From NCBI RefSeq assembly GCF_040396775.1, contig NZ_JBEBNT010000019.1, positions 7,880-71,879 of the forward strand: 64,000 bases of DNA, read 5' to 3'. Of this stretch, positions 38,701 through 51,877 are shown piece after piece. Below the pieces are notes generated by a model that worked only from the letters and a program-made list of their open reading frames with translations, made no database searches and was not told where the DNA came from. The translations under genes were made by a program, and so were the position numbers. Every line of letters begins with the position of its first letter. Position 1 is the first letter of the stretch. This DNA comes from Providencia sp. Lineage in GTDB: Bacteria > Pseudomonadota > Gammaproteobacteria > Enterobacterales > Enterobacteriaceae.

Positions 38701-39427
38701 GTTGTCCCCTGTATAGCCAATAGGCGGTACTGGCAATCGCCGCACCGCTACGTGAATAAAGATTTAATGCCGCAACATTACTCATTTGGGTGGCAACATT
38801 TAACTGTCTTTTTTGGTGTTGCACACACCAGTCGAACGCCGCAGACATCAACTTGCGACCAATCCCTTGCCCTTGCGCTTCAGGCATTTTTGCTAATAAC
38901 CCGATGCGTGCAGTATCATCGTCAATATGGCGCAAACTCACAAAGCCTAAAATGCGGCCTGAGGCGTCTTTGACTAACAAGCAAGTATGGTCAAACGTAC
39001 CCAGCACGGCTTTTTCTATCCACAAAGCGTAAAACCGCCCGCTATCCCCTTCACGATACCAAGGAGCACGAAAGCGGCTATTACTAAAGACAGAGGCAGC
39101 AGCTTGTTGTAACAAAGGGACGTCATCCACTTGTGCTGCAACGACGCTATCTACCGCCGTTAAACCTGCCTTTAGATAAGCATTTTCTGTGCCAATAGTG
39201 AGAGCAAAGTCCATTTCCCCTTCGACAAATGAAAAACCCATACTGGTTAAGTCATCAATCAACCGCGTTTCAGACGAGGCTACCTTGGCTTGGGTAATAT
39301 CGTACGCATCCATTTGATAAGCAAGGATAGTCTCGAGGTTATCCCCCGAGAAATTTAACTTTGCAGTTGAGCGATGAAAAAAGTCGCTCTCCCACTGTAA
39401 TCCATCAATACTGGCGCGGACGGACAC
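38687..39427 (-). CDS. wecD: dTDP-fucosamine acetyltransferase
   Basis: 246-aa GNAT fold. [14 protein letters not shown] and SRFRAPWY motifs are as in E. coli WecD/RffC. Confidence 0.88.
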   Translation of the reverse strand: MSVRASIDGLQWESDFFHRSTAKLNFSGDNLETILAYQMDAYDITQAKVASSETRLIDDLTSMGFSFVEGEMDFALTIGTENAYLKAGLTAVDSVVAAQVDDVPLLQQAAASVFSNSRFRAPWYREGDSGRFYALWIEKAVLGTFDHTCLLVKDASGRILGFVSLRHIDDDTARIGLLAKMPEAQGQGIGRKLMSAAFDWCVQHQKRQLNVATQMSNVAALNLYSRSGAAIASTAYWLYRGQHDSI

Positions 39428-40286
39428 GGAGTAAATCCTCTAAATATTGCCCATAACCGGTTTTTTTCAGTTGCTGCGCAGACTCCGCAACTTGCTCATC
39501 CGTTAACCAGCCATTACGCCATGCGATTTCTTCTAAGCAGGCAACTTTAAAACCTTGACGTTTTTCAACGGTTTGGACGAATGTGCCCGCTTCAATCAAG
39601 CTGTCGTGAGTGCCAGTATCTAACCAAGCAAAGCCACGACCGAGGAGCTCAACATTTAGCAATCCACGTTCTAAATACATTTGGTTGATGGAGGTAATTT
39701 CTAACTCCCCACGCTCTGATGGTTTAACTTGCTTAGCAAACTCAACCACTTGAGAGTCATAAAAATATAACCCTGTGACGGCCCAATTAGATTTCGGTTT
39801 AGTCGGTTTTTCTTCGATGGATAAGGCTTTGAAATCATCATCAAATTCCACCACCCCGAAACGCTCAGGATCCATCACTTGATAGCCAAATACCGTCGCG
39901 CCTTGAGTACGCTCTGCAACGGATTTCAATTTCGGGCTGAACGAGTGGCCAAAGAAGATGTTGTCCCCTAAGACTAAACAACAGCTATCACCATTGATAA
40001 ATTCTTCGCCAATAATAAAGGCTTGGGCTAATCCATCAGGTGACGGCTGCTCTGCATAGCTCAGTTCAATACCGAACTCATGTCCATCACCCAATAGGCG
40101 TTTGAACATTGGTAAATCATCTGGCGTTGAAATAATTAAAATTTCGCGAATGCCCGCTAACATCAAAACTGAAAGCGGGTAGTAAATCATTGGCTTATCA
40201 TAGATAGGCAACAATTGTTTGGAAATACCGCGGGTAATTGGGTGCAAACGCGTTCCCGATCCCCCTGCTAAAATAATACCTTTCAT
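39405..40286 (-). CDS. rffH: glucose-1-phosphate thymidylyltransferase
   Basis: 293 aa. [18 protein letters not shown] and [11 protein letters not shown] are RmlA-family motifs. Confidence 0.95.
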   Translation of the reverse strand: MKGIILAGGSGTRLHPITRGISKQLLPIYDKPMIYYPLSVLMLAGIREILIISTPDDLPMFKRLLGDGHEFGIELSYAEQPSPDGLAQAFIIGEEFINGDSCCLVLGDNIFFGHSFSPKLKSVAERTQGATVFGYQVMDPERFGVVEFDDDFKALSIEEKPTKPKSNWAVTGLYFYDSQVVEFAKQVKPSERGELEITSINQMYLERGLLNVELLGRGFAWLDTGTHDSLIEAGTFVQTVEKRQGFKVACLEEIAWRNGWLTDEQVAESAQQLKKTGYGQYLEDLLRVRPRQY

Positions 40287-40294
40287 GGTTTCAC

Positions 40295-41362
40295 CTAATT
40301 GCCAAGGCCTAAGCGTTCACCTGCGTAGGAGCCATCTTGTACACGACGCCACCACGTTTCGTTATTCAAATACCACAAGACCGTCTTACGAATGCCAGAC
40401 TCGAAAGTTTCTTCAGGTTTCCAGCCCAATTCACGCTCAATTTTTGCCGCATCAATGGCATAGCGCATGTCATGACCTGGTCGGTCTTTCACATAGGTAA
40501 TTAAATCGCGGTAATGTGCCACACCTTGTGGTTTTTGCGGGTGTAACTCTTCAAGCAGCTCACAAATGGTTTCAACAACCTCAATATTGCGACGTTCGTT
40601 GTGCCCACCAATATTGTAAGTGGTACCAGCCTGTGCCGTTGTTGCTACCAGATGCAAAGCACGTGCATGGTCTTCCACAAACAGCCAATCGCGAATTTGC
40701 TCACCTTGGCCATACACTGGCAGTGGTTTGCCTGCCAAGGCATTTAAAATAATTAAGGGGATCAATTTCTCAGGGAAATGATACGGCCCGTAATTATTTG
40801 AGCAGTTGGTGATCATGGTTGGCAAACCATAGGTTCTTTGCCATGCACGCACCAAGTGGTCGCTGGATGCTTTAGAGGCAGAGTATGGGCTGCTTGGCGC
40901 ATAAGACGTTGTTTCTGTAAAGAAGCCTTCTGGACCATCTAAATCACCGTACACTTCGTCTGTCGAGATGTGGTGGAAACGAAATGCGGCTTTTTTCCCT
41001 TCATCTAACGCAGACCAATAGTGACGTGCAGCTTCTAACAGTGTGTAAGTACCCACAATGTTGGTTTCAATAAAGGCAGCGGGTCCATCAATAGAGCGGT
41101 CAACGTGGCTTTCTGCTGCCAGATGCATAACTGCATCAGGCTGATATTGCGAGAAAACATGGTCAAGTGCTTGTCGATCGCAGATATTGACTTGCTCAAA
41201 CGCATAACGTTCGCTGCTCGCGACTGGCGCAAGGGATTCAAGGTTGCCAGCATAAGTCAGGCAATCAACCACAATCGCACTGTCGCTCGTGTTCTCAATG
41301 ATATGACGAACCACTGCGGAGCCAATAAAACCCGCACCTCCGGTGATTAGAATGCGTTTCAA
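40295..41362 (-). CDS. rffG: dTDP-glucose 4,6-dehydratase
   Basis: [12 protein letters not shown] Rossmann motif and [10 protein letters not shown] catalytic motif. The likely start is TTG at 41362, with AAGGAG 7 nt upstream and overlap with the wecC stop as TTGA. That gives 355 aa as in E. coli. The track ORF extends to the ATG at 41392. Confidence 0.93.
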   Translation of the reverse strand: MKRILITGGAGFIGSAVVRHIIENTSDSAIVVDCLTYAGNLESLAPVASSERYAFEQVNICDRQALDHVFSQYQPDAVMHLAAESHVDRSIDGPAAFIETNIVGTYTLLEAARHYWSALDEGKKAAFRFHHISTDEVYGDLDGPEGFFTETTSYAPSSPYSASKASSDHLVRAWQRTYGLPTMITNCSNNYGPYHFPEKLIPLIILNALAGKPLPVYGQGEQIRDWLFVEDHARALHLVATTAQAGTTYNIGGHNERRNIEVVETICELLEELHPQKPQGVAHYRDLITYVKDRPGHDMRYAIDAAKIERELGWKPEETFESGIRKTVLWYLNNETWWRRVQDGSYAGERLGLGN

Positions 41363-42621
41363 CGCCAAACTCCTTTTGTATCCACAACCCATTTTTGTGG
41401 GATTGCTGAACCTTGAATGCCTTTAAAGACATTATGGTCAACTAACATCAGGATCACATCCGCTTCATTGACGGCTTTTTCAATGGAAACTAACTCAGAA
41501 ATACCTTTCAATGAAGTCGGTAATTCTTCGATATGTGGCTCAACGGCGTAAGTTTTACCCGGATTCCAATTCGCAACCATTTTCGTGATGTGCATTGCTG
41601 GGCTTTCACGTAAATCATCAATGTTCGGTTTAAACGAAAGGCCGAAACAGGCAATGGTGACTTCGCTGGCTTTTTTGCCCGTTTCCACTAAGCAATCAGC
41701 AACAGCGGCTTTTACTTGGTCAACCACCCAAATTGGTTTGCCATCATTGACTAAACGTGCAGTGTGGATCAAGCGTGATTGTTTCGGGTTTTGAGCAACA
41801 ATAAACCATGGGTCAACAGCGATACAATGGCCACCAACGCCAGGGCCTGGTTGTAAAATATTCACGCGCGGATGGCGGTTTGCAAGGCTGATAAGCTCCC
41901 ACACATTGATATCTTGCTCTGAACAAATTAATGATAATTCGTTGGCAAATGCGATATTAACGTCACGGAAGCTGTTTTCCGTTAATTTGCACATTTCTGC
42001 GGTTCTTGAATTGGTGATCACACATTCACCTTCAAGGAAAATATTGTATAGCTCACTCGCACGCAGTGAAGATTTTGGTGTCATACCGCCAACTACACGG
42101 TCATTTTTAATTAATTCGACCATAACTTGGCCCGGCAATACACGCTCAGGGCAATAAGCCACATCGATGTCTGCATCTTCGCCTGCTTGGTGCGGGAAAG
42201 TTAAATCTGGGCGCGCTTCCGCCATCCACTGAGCCATTTGCTCTGTCGTACCCACTGGAGAGGTAGACTCAAGGATCACTAAGTCCCCTTTTTTCAGTAC
42301 AGGCGCAATCGACTCCGCCGCAGAACGAACGTACGCTAAATCGGGTTCATGATCGCCTTTAAATGGCGTTGGAACAGCAATCAAATAAGCATCAGCTGGC
42401 TGTGGTTTTGTAAAGGCTTTCAAATGGCCTTCTTCAACGGCTTTTTTCACCACGATATCAAGTTCAGGTTCCACAATGTGGATTTTCCCCTGATTAATGG
42501 TATCCACCGCATGTTGGTTAACATCTACACCGACAACCTGTTTTTTACGTGATGCAAAGGCTGCTGCTGTTGGTAAACCGATATAACCAAGGCCAATAAC
42601 AGAAATAGTTTCAAAACTCAT
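41359..42621 (-). CDS. wecC: UDP-N-acetyl-D-mannosamine dehydrogenase
   Basis: 420 aa. Has the [15 protein letters not shown]-binding motif. UDP-glucose/GDP-mannose dehydrogenase family. Confidence 0.94.
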   Translation of the reverse strand: MSFETISVIGLGYIGLPTAAAFASRKKQVVGVDVNQHAVDTINQGKIHIVEPELDIVVKKAVEEGHLKAFTKPQPADAYLIAVPTPFKGDHEPDLAYVRSAAESIAPVLKKGDLVILESTSPVGTTEQMAQWMAEARPDLTFPHQAGEDADIDVAYCPERVLPGQVMVELIKNDRVVGGMTPKSSLRASELYNIFLEGECVITNSRTAEMCKLTENSFRDVNIAFANELSLICSEQDINVWELISLANRHPRVNILQPGPGVGGHCIAVDPWFIVAQNPKQSRLIHTARLVNDGKPIWVVDQVKAAVADCLVETGKKASEVTIACFGLSFKPNIDDLRESPAMHITKMVANWNPGKTYAVEPHIEELPTSLKGISELVSIEKAVNEADVILMLVDHNVFKGIQGSAIPQKWVVDTKGVWR

Positions 42622-43748
42622 AATTTCACCTGATTACTTTTTAATGCTGTAAGAATACGCTGACAAGCATGACCATCCCCATACGGGTTATGTGCGCGGC
42701 TCATTTCATGATATTCCGCATCATCTGTCAGTAACCGATTAACTTCGTTAACAATTTTTTGTGTATCTGTTCCCACTAAGCGAACCGTCCCCGCGTCAAC
42801 CGCTTCAGGTCGCTCAGTGGTATCTCTCATCACCAGAACAGGCTTGCCGAGAGAAGGTGCTTCTTCTTGAATACCCCCTGAATCTGTCAGAATCAAATAG
42901 GCATGATTCATTAAGTAGACAAATGGAAGGTATTCTTGAGGGCTAATTAAAATAATATTATCAATATCGTGCAAAATACGTTTTACAGGCTCACTGACAT
43001 TCGGGTTCAAGTGCACAGGGTAAACCACCTGTACATCTGGGTGTGCCTGTGCAATTTCCGCCAATGCGTGGCAGATACGCTCAAAACCACCACCAAAGCT
43101 TTCACGACGGTGGCCTGTGACTAAAATCATTTTCTTATTGGGGTCAATAAACGGGTAGTTTGCACCCAATTTTTCCATCATGTGCTGGTCGCTCATGACC
43201 CGGTCTCGCACCCATAACAACGCGTCAATCACGCTGTTGCCTGTCACAAAAATATGGCTGTCTGGAATAGACTCTTTTAGCAGATTTTGGCGTGAATTTT
43301 CCGTTGGCGCGAAGTGATACATCGCTAAGTGCCCTGCAATTTTGCGGTTGGCTTCTTCAGGCCATGGGGAATATAAGTTCCCTGTACGTAAGCCAGCTTC
43401 AACGTGCCCAACAGGAATACGATGGTAAAATGCAGCAAGGCTCGTTGCCATGGTGGTTGCGGTATCCCCATGAACAAGGACAACATCAGGCTGAAAATCT
43501 GCAAAAACACTTTTCAAACCTTCAAGGATACGACAGGTAATATCGGTTAAATCTTGCCCTGGCTTCATAATATTGAGGTCGTAATCTGGAGTGATCTCAA
43601 ATAGTTTCAGTACTTGATCGAGCATTTCACGATGCTGTGCGGTGACACAAACTTTTGCTTCAAAATCAGCATCATTCGCCAGTGCATGAACCAACGGTGC
43701 CATTTTGATGGCTTCTGGTCGTGTGCCAAATACAGTCAATACTTTCAC
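42618..43748 (-). CDS. wecB: UDP-N-acetylglucosamine 2-epimerase
   Basis: 376 aa. [18 protein letters not shown] and HVEAGLRT motifs. Confidence 0.95.
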   Translation of the reverse strand: MKVLTVFGTRPEAIKMAPLVHALANDADFEAKVCVTAQHREMLDQVLKLFEITPDYDLNIMKPGQDLTDITCRILEGLKSVFADFQPDVVLVHGDTATTMATSLAAFYHRIPVGHVEAGLRTGNLYSPWPEEANRKIAGHLAMYHFAPTENSRQNLLKESIPDSHIFVTGNSVIDALLWVRDRVMSDQHMMEKLGANYPFIDPNKKMILVTGHRRESFGGGFERICHALAEIAQAHPDVQVVYPVHLNPNVSEPVKRILHDIDNIILISPQEYLPFVYLMNHAYLILTDSGGIQEEAPSLGKPVLVMRDTTERPEAVDAGTVRLVGTDTQKIVNEVNRLLTDDAEYHEMSRAHNPYGDGHACQRILTALKSNQVKL

Positions 43749-43847
43749 AGTGACTCTCTTATATTTATCGTTTGCAGTGTGCTGCTTATTTAATCTTAAT
43801 GACTTTTATCAAGCCACTGACGAAGATGTCAGTGGCTTATCCCAAAA

Positions 43848-44906
43848 TCAAGATGGACGACGGCGAGAAAGTACCACTCCGGCACCCACTAACACCCCTA
43901 TAGCACCCCATAGAACCATCATAAAGGCTCGACGCGGGCTATCGCGTTTGACTGGATCTTCAGGCGTACGCAAATAACGGTAAGCTTGAAAATTATCTTG
44001 GAGAGTCGGCCCTACGCTTAATGTTGATAACATTGCGATGTTTTGGTCATAATCTGAGTCATGATCCGGGCCTGTTGCTTTTAATGTTTCAATTTGCGCC
44101 TGCAATAATGGGGCACCTAACATAAACATTTTAGAATCAGGAATTTCATCTACGGGTGTTGTACTTTGATTACGCACAATACCTTGTTTTTCAGCAACTT
44201 TGAGTGCTTGTTCCAGCACATTCAAACGTCTTTCATAAGCAGCTGTTGCTACCATGTTTTCACGTTTAACCAATGCTTTCATGGATTGCATTTTGGTTGC
44301 CCAAGTACCTTTAATTTCATCATTCAGATTCGCCGTTGCACGTTGATTCGCAAATTGCGTGTATTGACGTAACAACTGGTTTGCATCTGTTGATGTTTCA
44401 GCCACTAATTTAATGCTATCTGTTAGATTTTTTACTTCATCCGCGGGTGTAAACTCAATATCATTAATGAGTTCATCCAATAAGGCGGCATCCGCTTTTG
44501 GATCATTTTCTAACCGCTGTTTGTAATAATCTGTGCTCAACCAAAATTGACGGCGAGTATCGTAAGAGCCGAGTTGCTTAGTAAACTCTTGATAAGCTTC
44601 TTTCGCAATTGTCGGCAACTGCCCTTCTTGCCCCGTAACATTAATACGAGAATCAAGGTTACGCAGAAACTGTTGCTGAGAATAATAACTTCCCAAATTA
44701 TTCACAGTAGGCAAATCTGTGATCGCTGTTGCACTCCACTTGGGCTGCATGAAATAAGATGCACCCAATGCAATTGCCGCAAAAATCACAGCAAATGCAA
44801 CGATCCATATTTTTCCTTGCCACAAAGAACGGCATAAACCACGGATATCCAATTCTGGCTCTATTGGCGTTTGATGCTGACTCGGTTGTGTTTCTGAGTT
44901 ATTCAC
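43848..44906 (-). CDS. wzzE: ECA polysaccharide chain-length modulator
   Basis: 352 aa with N- and C-terminal TM segments around a coiled-coil periplasmic domain. Wzz family. Conserved position. Confidence 0.88.
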   Translation of the reverse strand: MNNSETQPSQHQTPIEPELDIRGLCRSLWQGKIWIVAFAVIFAAIALGASYFMQPKWSATAITDLPTVNNLGSYYSQQQFLRNLDSRINVTGQEGQLPTIAKEAYQEFTKQLGSYDTRRQFWLSTDYYKQRLENDPKADAALLDELINDIEFTPADEVKNLTDSIKLVAETSTDANQLLRQYTQFANQRATANLNDEIKGTWATKMQSMKALVKRENMVATAAYERRLNVLEQALKVAEKQGIVRNQSTTPVDEIPDSKMFMLGAPLLQAQIETLKATGPDHDSDYDQNIAMLSTLSVGPTLQDNFQAYRYLRTPEDPVKRDSPRRAFMMVLWGAIGVLVGAGVVLSRRRPS

Positions 44907-44935
44907 TGCACAGAACCTCTATTTTTGTTTTTTCG

Positions 44936-46021
44936 TTACCGTACTGCACCTCTACGCGCTTTACGTCTAACTCGTTTGATAAAACGGGCGACTTTCCAAG
45001 CTCGTTTGATGCAATAACCATACATCATAAATACAAGCAAAAATAATGCCAACATTACCCATTCAGGCACAAATGTTAAGCGTTCACCAATAATACCAAT
45101 GCATGCTAAAAATGCAGCTGACAATGTAATCAGTACAAATGCCCCTTTCGGTGTAAAGCCAGAACGCATAATTAAATGGTGAATATGCTGACGGTCAGGC
45201 GAGAATGGACTCATACCTTTACGAATTCGACGATACATTATCGCAACCATGTCCATGAGTGGGATTGCGATAATCCACAATGCGGTGACAGGGTTGATTG
45301 GGTGAACCTCTTCCTGTGTCGAAGCGACCAAAATCCAAATAATGGTAAACCCAATTAAAGTACTTCCCGCATCCCCCATAAAAACTTTAAACCGGCGACC
45401 TAACACTCCAAGATTTAAAAGGATATAAGGAAGAATAGCTGCAATAAAAGCAAAACACCAAAATGCGAGTGCATAATTGCCATTGTTGTACAGTAAGAAA
45501 CCTAATGCGCCAAAGGAAACCGAAGAAAGCCCGCCAAGTAGTCCATCAATACCATCAACCATATTAAAGGCATTGATCGCAGCCCAGACAGCAAATAAGG
45601 TCACAATATAACCAAATGGCCCTAACACTAACTCCCATGGCCCAAAGGCATGACCTAATGATTCTAATTTGAGACCTGCGGCAGTCATCATCACAACAGC
45701 AACAATCGCCTGAACCCCAGCCCTTAATTTCACGCTAATATCAAATCTGTCATCCAATGCACCGATAAAGACTAATAACCCAGCACACGAGATATATAAC
45801 CACTTGTGAGGGATGTATTCCTCTGTGATATAAAATGCAAAACAGATCCCAAAGAAAACGGATATTCCTCCAACAAGAGGAATAAGTCCTACGTGTTTCT
45901 TTCTGAAGTTAGGTTTATCAACTAACCCGATTTTTATTGCAACAATACGGGCAAAGAAAATAAAAACCAACGAAAACAAGAAGACGTAGAAGAGGTTGGT
46001 TGCAAAGTGTATGATGTCCAC
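44936..46021 (-). CDS. wecA: UDP-GlcNAc:undecaprenyl-phosphate GlcNAc-1-phosphate transferase
   Basis: 361-aa polytopic MraY/WecA family protein (NMVDGIDGL, FMGDAGS). First gene of the ECA cluster, downstream of rho. Confidence 0.94.
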   Translation of the reverse strand: MDIIHFATNLFYVFLFSLVFIFFARIVAIKIGLVDKPNFRKKHVGLIPLVGGISVFFGICFAFYITEEYIPHKWLYISCAGLLVFIGALDDRFDISVKLRAGVQAIVAVVMMTAAGLKLESLGHAFGPWELVLGPFGYIVTLFAVWAAINAFNMVDGIDGLLGGLSSVSFGALGFLLYNNGNYALAFWCFAFIAAILPYILLNLGVLGRRFKVFMGDAGSTLIGFTIIWILVASTQEEVHPINPVTALWIIAIPLMDMVAIMYRRIRKGMSPFSPDRQHIHHLIMRSGFTPKGAFVLITLSAAFLACIGIIGERLTFVPEWVMLALFLLVFMMYGYCIKRAWKVARFIKRVRRKARRGAVR

Positions 46022-46564
46022 TGTTCGACTCTCTTAATATTTTTTATTTAACTATCAATACTAAACTTTTATTGGCGAATGCCGATAAAAATGCAATCGC
46101 TACTGCATTATCATCTCAGTAATAAAATCTACTATAAGACGAATCTATATTCATAAAGAGATTACTGTAACATTATTAAAAAACACACATTATTCGTGTT
46201 GTTTATCCAATAATGAAATCTTACACATTTTATACTTAATAGCTGCAAGATGCATGCCATAAAAGCAATACACTGAAATGGGGTTAATCAATTGATTACT
46301 TCTACAACACCTCATATTTTTTAAATAAATCAAAAAATTAATTTCAATTGAAATCATAAACCAGATAAATAAAGTTAAATTATTCCAACGATACTTATCG
46401 TAAATAATCAATTACTCACATCTTAAATAATAAATCAATCTACCAAACTCATATGGGTAGTAAATGTGAAATAAAATATCCTCCTGCTTTCAAAATCAAC
46501 ATAACTGTAAGAACACTAATATTTAAGTCGGCGTTCATTCAAATCTGTCATACGATACCTAGAT

Positions 46565-46594
46565 ACAAAAAAGGTGCCATTTAGGCACCTTTTG
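46565..46594 (-). terminator. rho gene terminator
   Basis: Stem aggtgcc/ggcacct. On the minus strand it is followed by TTTTTTGTATC. Confidence 0.8.
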
Positions 46595-46616
46595 TTGAAG
46601 CTTAAAACTCAAACAA

Positions 46617-47876
46617 CTAAGCTCTCTTCATAAAGTCAAAGAACTCTTCGTTAGTTTTTGCCATTGCAAGTTTACTAATGAGGAACTCCATTGCATCGAT
46701 CTCACCCATTGGATGGATAATTTTGCGCAGGATCCACATTTTTTGCAGTTCATCTTGAGATGTGAGTAATTCTTCTTTACGTGTACCTGAGCGGTTGTAA
46801 TCAATCGCAGGGAAGACGCGTTTTTCCGCAATCTTACGAGAGAGGTGCAGTTCCATATTACCTGTACCTTTAAACTCTTCGTAAATCACTTCATCCATTT
46901 TCGAACCTGTATCAACCAGTGCAGTTGCAATGATTGTCAGACTTCCACCTTCTTCAACATTACGTGCAGCACCGAAGAAACGTTTTGGACGATGTAAGGC
47001 GTTTGCATCCACACCACCCGTTAACACTTTACCGGATGAAGGAACTACGGTGTTATACGCACGAGCAAGACGCGTAATGGAGTCGAGTAAGATAATGACG
47101 TCTTTTTTATGCTCAACCAGACGTTTCGCTTTTTCGATAACCATTTCGGCCACTTGAACGTGACGCGCAGCTGGCTCATCAAAAGTCGAAGCGATAACTT
47201 CACCTTTAACTAAGCGCTGCATTTCCGTTACTTCCTCAGGACGCTCATCAATCAACAGAACCATCAGAACGCAATCTGGATAATTGTGTGCAATGTTAGC
47301 GGCAATATTTTGCAGTAACATTGTTTTACCCGCTTTTGGCGGAGCAACAATCAGACCACGTTGGCCACGGCCAATTGGTGCAGCTAAGTCCAAAACACGC
47401 GCCGTTAAATCTTCTGTTGAACCGTTACCACGTTCCATACGCAGACGATTATTTGCATGTAATGGGGTTAAGTTTTCGAAAAGGATTTTGCTACGTGCGT
47501 TTTCAGGTTTGTCGTAGTTGACTTCGTTGACTTTCAGGAGGGCAAAATAACGTTCACCTTCTTTAGGTGGGCGAATTTTTCCTGAAATGGTGTCACCTGT
47601 ACGCAGGTTAAAACGGCGGATTTGGCTAGGGGAAACGTAGATATCATCAGGACCTGCGAGGTAAGAACTGTCTGCGGAACGGAGGAAACCAAATCCATCC
47701 TGCAATATTTCCAGTACGCCATCGCCGAAAATATCCTCACCACTTTTCGCATGCTGCTTCAAAATGGAGAAAATAATATCCTGCTTTCTCATACGGGCTA
47801 AGTTCTCTAGCCCCATGTTTTCGCCTAATGTAATCAATTCTGATACTGGCGTATTTTTTAATTCGGTAAGATTCAT
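46617..47876 (-). CDS. rho: transcription termination factor Rho
   Basis: 419 aa, almost identical in pattern to E. coli Rho ([15 protein letters not shown]..., the Walker A PPKAGKT). Confidence 0.98.
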   Translation of the reverse strand: MNLTELKNTPVSELITLGENMGLENLARMRKQDIIFSILKQHAKSGEDIFGDGVLEILQDGFGFLRSADSSYLAGPDDIYVSPSQIRRFNLRTGDTISGKIRPPKEGERYFALLKVNEVNYDKPENARSKILFENLTPLHANNRLRMERGNGSTEDLTARVLDLAAPIGRGQRGLIVAPPKAGKTMLLQNIAANIAHNYPDCVLMVLLIDERPEEVTEMQRLVKGEVIASTFDEPAARHVQVAEMVIEKAKRLVEHKKDVIILLDSITRLARAYNTVVPSSGKVLTGGVDANALHRPKRFFGAARNVEEGGSLTIIATALVDTGSKMDEVIYEEFKGTGNMELHLSRKIAEKRVFPAIDYNRSGTRKEELLTSQDELQKMWILRKIIHPMGEIDAMEFLISKLAMAKTNEEFFDFMKRA

Positions 47877-48579
47877 AATGGTGGGTTCTTTAACTCGGGG
47901 TAATTCTCGAACTATGAACGTTAATTGACGGCAACTTATTTTATTAAGTGGCAGTTTAACTTAACTGCCCTGTTGGTAGCCAACTCAATAAAAGCCAACA
48001 ACAATGCATAAAATTTGTGCTAGCCACTGCTAAGTCTGTTTTAACATATGACCATGACTCATCTGAACGATGTACAGCATATTATTAGAAACACATTCAA
48101 CATTAGCAATAGTTTTTTGTACATTTAAGACAACATCCATCCCAATATCGCAAGTTTAGTTTCAGTTTCGCATTTAAAAACACATTTTACTGAACACTAA
48201 TTTTTCCCGATACGTTTTTACATCCGAGGATCTAAAGACGTTTTATGTCATTACTGCTGCATATGCGCTATCTTTAAGGTATATGAAAAATTTATGTGAA
48301 ACAACAATACTGAATCTAGCGGGTGCTTAACTCAATGTCTATGTTTTCAGTTTTCATATTTAAAATCATTGCGCCATTAGTTTTGATCGTTGAAAATCAT
48401 GACAATACTGAACTAACTAGCTTGATATATTAAGATAAGAGCAATGGAATACAGGGTAATTCATACGGGTGCTACACGAGGAATAGTGATAACTTATCAT
48501 GGTTAAGTAAGGACGTCTAGCGGCTCTCTTGATAAAATAGATGCACCGCTAAACGTTTTAGATCACATATAACGGTAAC

Positions 48580-48906
48580 TTACAGATTTTCGTCTAGAAA
48601 TTCTTTCAGTTGCGTTTTAGATAATGCGCCAACTTTTGTTGCTGCGACACTACCATTTTTGAATAATAACAGTGTCGGGATACCACGAATTCCGTATTTT
48701 GGCGCGGTAGCCGGATTATCATCAATATTCAGTTTTGCGATGGTCAATTTGCCTGTATATTCTTCAGCAACTTCATCAAGGATAGGCGCGATCATTTTAC
48801 AAGGACCACACCATGCTGCCCAAAAATCGACGAGAACAGGTGAACTTGATTTCAGAACTGCAGTTTCAAAGCTTGCATCAGTTATATGTATAATTTTGTC
48901 GCTCAT
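48580..48906 (-). CDS. trxA: thioredoxin 1
   Basis: The ATG at 48906 gives [14 protein letters not shown]...WCGPCK..., 108 aa, as in E. coli TrxA. The track ORF (to 48999) is over-extended. Confidence 0.96.
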   Translation of the reverse strand: MSDKIIHITDASFETAVLKSSSPVLVDFWAAWCGPCKMIAPILDEVAEEYTGKLTIAKLNIDDNPATAPKYGIRGIPTLLLFKNGSVAATKVGALSKTQLKEFLDENL

Positions 48907-49024
48907 GTTGTACTCCAAAGAATCATCTTTTTGCAGACTTAGTGTAACATTATTGGCAGCAGTATGCTTTATTTCAAAAGATACACTTTCGTAAACCAAC
49001 CGTTAACTGATATTCTAACATACT

Positions 49025-50311
49025 ATGAGTAAAGCACACTTGACAGAAAAGAAGTTTTCCGACTTCGCATTGCACCCTAAAGTCATTGAAGCTCTGAACA
49101 AGAAAGGCTTCAATTATTGTACGCCAATACAGGCGTCAACATTGCCTTTCACTGTCGAAGGCAAAGACGTTGCGGGACAAGCGCAAACAGGTACAGGTAA
49201 AACGTTAGCATTCCTAACGTCGACGTTTCATTATCTATTAACCCACCCTGCTATCGAAGGGAAAAAAGCGAATCAGCCGCGTGCACTCATGATGGCGCCG
49301 ACTCGTGAATTAGCTGTTCAGATTTACTCTGATGCCAAAGAGCTGGCAGAATACACAGGCCTGAAAATGGGCCTCGCTTATGGCGGTGATGGCTACGACG
49401 AGCAGCTAAAAGTGTTACAAAATGGTGTCGATATCCTTATTGGAACGACTGGCCGCCTTATTGATTATGCAAAGCAAGGCCATGTGGACTTAGCTGCGAT
49501 TCAAGTCGTTGTGCTTGATGAAGCTGACCGTATGTATGATCTTGGTTTTATTAAAGATATCCGTTGGTTATTCCGTCGTATGCCAGGGGCTGCGGACAGA
49601 CTAAACCTATTATTCTCAGCTACATTGTCTTATCGCGTAAGAGAACTCGCCTTTGAGCAAATGAATAGCCCTGAATATGTTGAGGTTGAGCCTTTACAAA
49701 AAACCGGCCATCGCATTAAAGAAGAGTTATTTTACCCTTCTAACGAAGAAAAAATGCGTTTACTCCAGACCCTACTTGAAGAAGAGTGGCCTGAACGTTG
49801 CATCATTTTCGCCAATACTAAGCACCGCTGTGAGGATGTTTGGGCACACTTAGCGGCTGATGGTCACCGTGTTGGCTTATTAACAGGTGATGTTGCACAG
49901 AAAAAACGTTTGCGTATTTTAGAGCAATTCACACAAGGCCAACTGGATATTTTAGTGGCAACAGATGTTGCAGCTCGTGGATTACACATTCCGTCAGTGA
50001 CACACGTCTTTAACTATGACTTACCTGACGATTGTGAAGATTACGTTCACCGTATTGGTCGTACCGGCCGTGCAGGGGAAAGTGGTAACTCAATTAGCTT
50101 GGCTTGTGAAGAATATGCGCTCAACTTGCCTGCAATCGAAGAGTACATTCAACATTCGATCCCAGTGAGTAAATATAACAGTGATGCGTTATTGAGTGAC
50201 TTACCAGCACCTAGACGTCGTCATCGCCCACGCCCTGGAGGCCAGCGCCGCAATTCAAATGCACCGCGTCGCCACAATGGTCCGCGTAATAACCATAAAC
50301 GTCCAGGCTGA
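49025..50311 (+). CDS. rhlB: ATP-dependent RNA helicase RhlB
   Basis: 428-aa DEAD-box protein ([23 protein letters not shown]) with an Arg-rich tail. N-terminus [20 protein letters not shown] is as in E. coli. Confidence 0.96.
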   Translation: MSKAHLTEKKFSDFALHPKVIEALNKKGFNYCTPIQASTLPFTVEGKDVAGQAQTGTGKTLAFLTSTFHYLLTHPAIEGKKANQPRALMMAPTRELAVQIYSDAKELAEYTGLKMGLAYGGDGYDEQLKVLQNGVDILIGTTGRLIDYAKQGHVDLAAIQVVVLDEADRMYDLGFIKDIRWLFRRMPGAADRLNLLFSATLSYRVRELAFEQMNSPEYVEVEPLQKTGHRIKEELFYPSNEEKMRLLQTLLEEEWPERCIIFANTKHRCEDVWAHLAADGHRVGLLTGDVAQKKRLRILEQFTQGQLDILVATDVAARGLHIPSVTHVFNYDLPDDCEDYVHRIGRTGRAGESGNSISLACEEYALNLPAIEEYIQHSIPVSKYNSDALLSDLPAPRRRHRPRPGGQRRNSNAPRRHNGPRNNHKRPG

Positions 50312-50322
50312 GTAAAAACGTT

Positions 50323-51825
50323 ATGCTGAAATCTTCTTCTCTTTATGCTGCTATCGATTTAGGCTCAAACAGTTTTCACATGCTCGTAGTACGTGAAACT
50401 GCTGGCAGCATACAGGTTATTTCTAGGGTTAAGCGAAAAGTTCGTCTTGCTGCGGGGTTAGATAAAAATAACCTCCTTTCTGAGCAAGCGATGGAACGAG
50501 GCTGGCAATGCTTACGACTTTTTTCGGAACATCTACAAGATATTCCGAGCACACAAATTCGTGTTGTCGCAACCGCAACACTGCGTCTAGCAAAAAATGC
50601 TGATATTTTCATCGAAAAAGCCAGTGAGATCCTAGGTAATCCCGTTAAAGTGATTCAAGGGGAAGAAGAAGCGCGTTTAATTTACCAAGGTGTTGCACAC
50701 ACAACAGGCGGCCCCGACCAACGCTTGGTGGTGGATATTGGTGGGGGAAGTACCGAACTGGTGACCGGAACTGGCGCAAGAGCCCAACAACTTTATAGCC
50801 TTGAGATGGGTTGTGTGACTTGGCTCGAGCGCTATTTCAGTGATAGAAGCTTAACAGAAGACAATTTTTCAGCCGCGCAAGCTGCGGCAAAAAAAGTGAT
50901 CGAACCTGTTGCTGAGGCTTTAAAAACTCACGGCTGGAAAATCTGTGTTGGTGCATCGGGTACCGTGCAAGCCATCCAAGAAATCATGATTGCACAAGGC
51001 ATGGATGAGCTTATCACCTTGCCTAAATTGCAGCAGCTAAAACGCAAAGCCATTCAATGCCAAAAGCTAGAAGAGCTTGAAATTGAAGGCTTAACATTTG
51101 AACGCGCACTGGTTTTCCCTAGCGGCTTATCAATTTTAATTGCCATATTTGAAGCGTTAAATATCGATAACATGACACTTGCGGGTGGTGCTCTGCGAGA
51201 AGGCTTGGTTTATGGCATGTTGGAATTGCCCATTGAGCAAGATATTCGTGCTCGTACCGTACGCAATATCCAGCGCCGTTTCCAAGTAGACATCGAACAA
51301 GCTGGCCGTGTTCGTCAATTAGCTGAATATTTTTATCTGCAAGTTGCGAAAGATTGGCAATTAGATACTCGTTGCCGCGATTTATTATCAAGCGCCAGTG
51401 CATTGCATGAAATTGGCTTAAGCGTTGATTTTCGTAGAGGCCCTGAGCACGCCAGTTATTTGATCACTCATTTGGATTTACCTGGCTATACACCGGCACA
51501 AAAACGGTTACTGGCGGCATTGTTAAGAAATCAGCAAGGCCCTGTCGATTTGGCATCACTCAGCCAACAAAATGCGTTACCGATGCAGCAAGCCTACTTT
51601 TTGTGCCGCTTACTTCGATTAGCCATTATTTTTGCTAGTCGTAGACGTGACGACACCTTGCCCGCCTTAAGGTTGAATGTAAACTCAGACAGACTCACGA
51701 TTATGCTCCCATACCGCTGGTTATCTGAGCATCCGCTGCGTGCAGAAAACTTACAGCAGGAAGTTCAATGGCAAGGTTATGTGAACTGGGTATTAGAGCT
51801 GGAAGAACGTAACAGTTCGAATTGA
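50323..51825 (+). CDS. gppA: guanosine pentaphosphate phosphohydrolase / exopolyphosphatase family
   Basis: 500 aa. [21 protein letters not shown] and the downstream motifs are collinear with E. coli GppA. Confidence 0.95.
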   Translation: MLKSSSLYAAIDLGSNSFHMLVVRETAGSIQVISRVKRKVRLAAGLDKNNLLSEQAMERGWQCLRLFSEHLQDIPSTQIRVVATATLRLAKNADIFIEKASEILGNPVKVIQGEEEARLIYQGVAHTTGGPDQRLVVDIGGGSTELVTGTGARAQQLYSLEMGCVTWLERYFSDRSLTEDNFSAAQAAAKKVIEPVAEALKTHGWKICVGASGTVQAIQEIMIAQGMDELITLPKLQQLKRKAIQCQKLEELEIEGLTFERALVFPSGLSILIAIFEALNIDNMTLAGGALREGLVYGMLELPIEQDIRARTVRNIQRRFQVDIEQAGRVRQLAEYFYLQVAKDWQLDTRCRDLLSSASALHEIGLSVDFRRGPEHASYLITHLDLPGYTPAQKRLLAALLRNQQGPVDLASLSQQNALPMQQAYFLCRLLRLAIIFASRRRDDTLPALRLNVNSDRLTIMLPYRWLSEHPLRAENLQQEVQWQGYVNWVLELEERNSSN

Positions 51826-51833
51826 TAATCTAT

Positions 51834-51866
51834 TCCACACTAGAGTTATTCTAGTGTGGATTTTCA
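51834..51866. terminator. convergent terminator between gppA and rep
   Basis: Perfect 10-bp stem tccacactag/ctagtgtgga followed by TTTTCAAC on the plus strand. Confidence 0.7.
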
Positions 51867-51877
51867 ACTAATTGTTA

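Noticed and set aside
46190-46411. 73-aa minus-strand ORF (TTG start) in the rho-wecA spacer
   Set aside because: Extremely AT-rich with no SD. Its Cys/Ile/Asn-rich composition is typical of random AT-rich translation, and no family was recognised.
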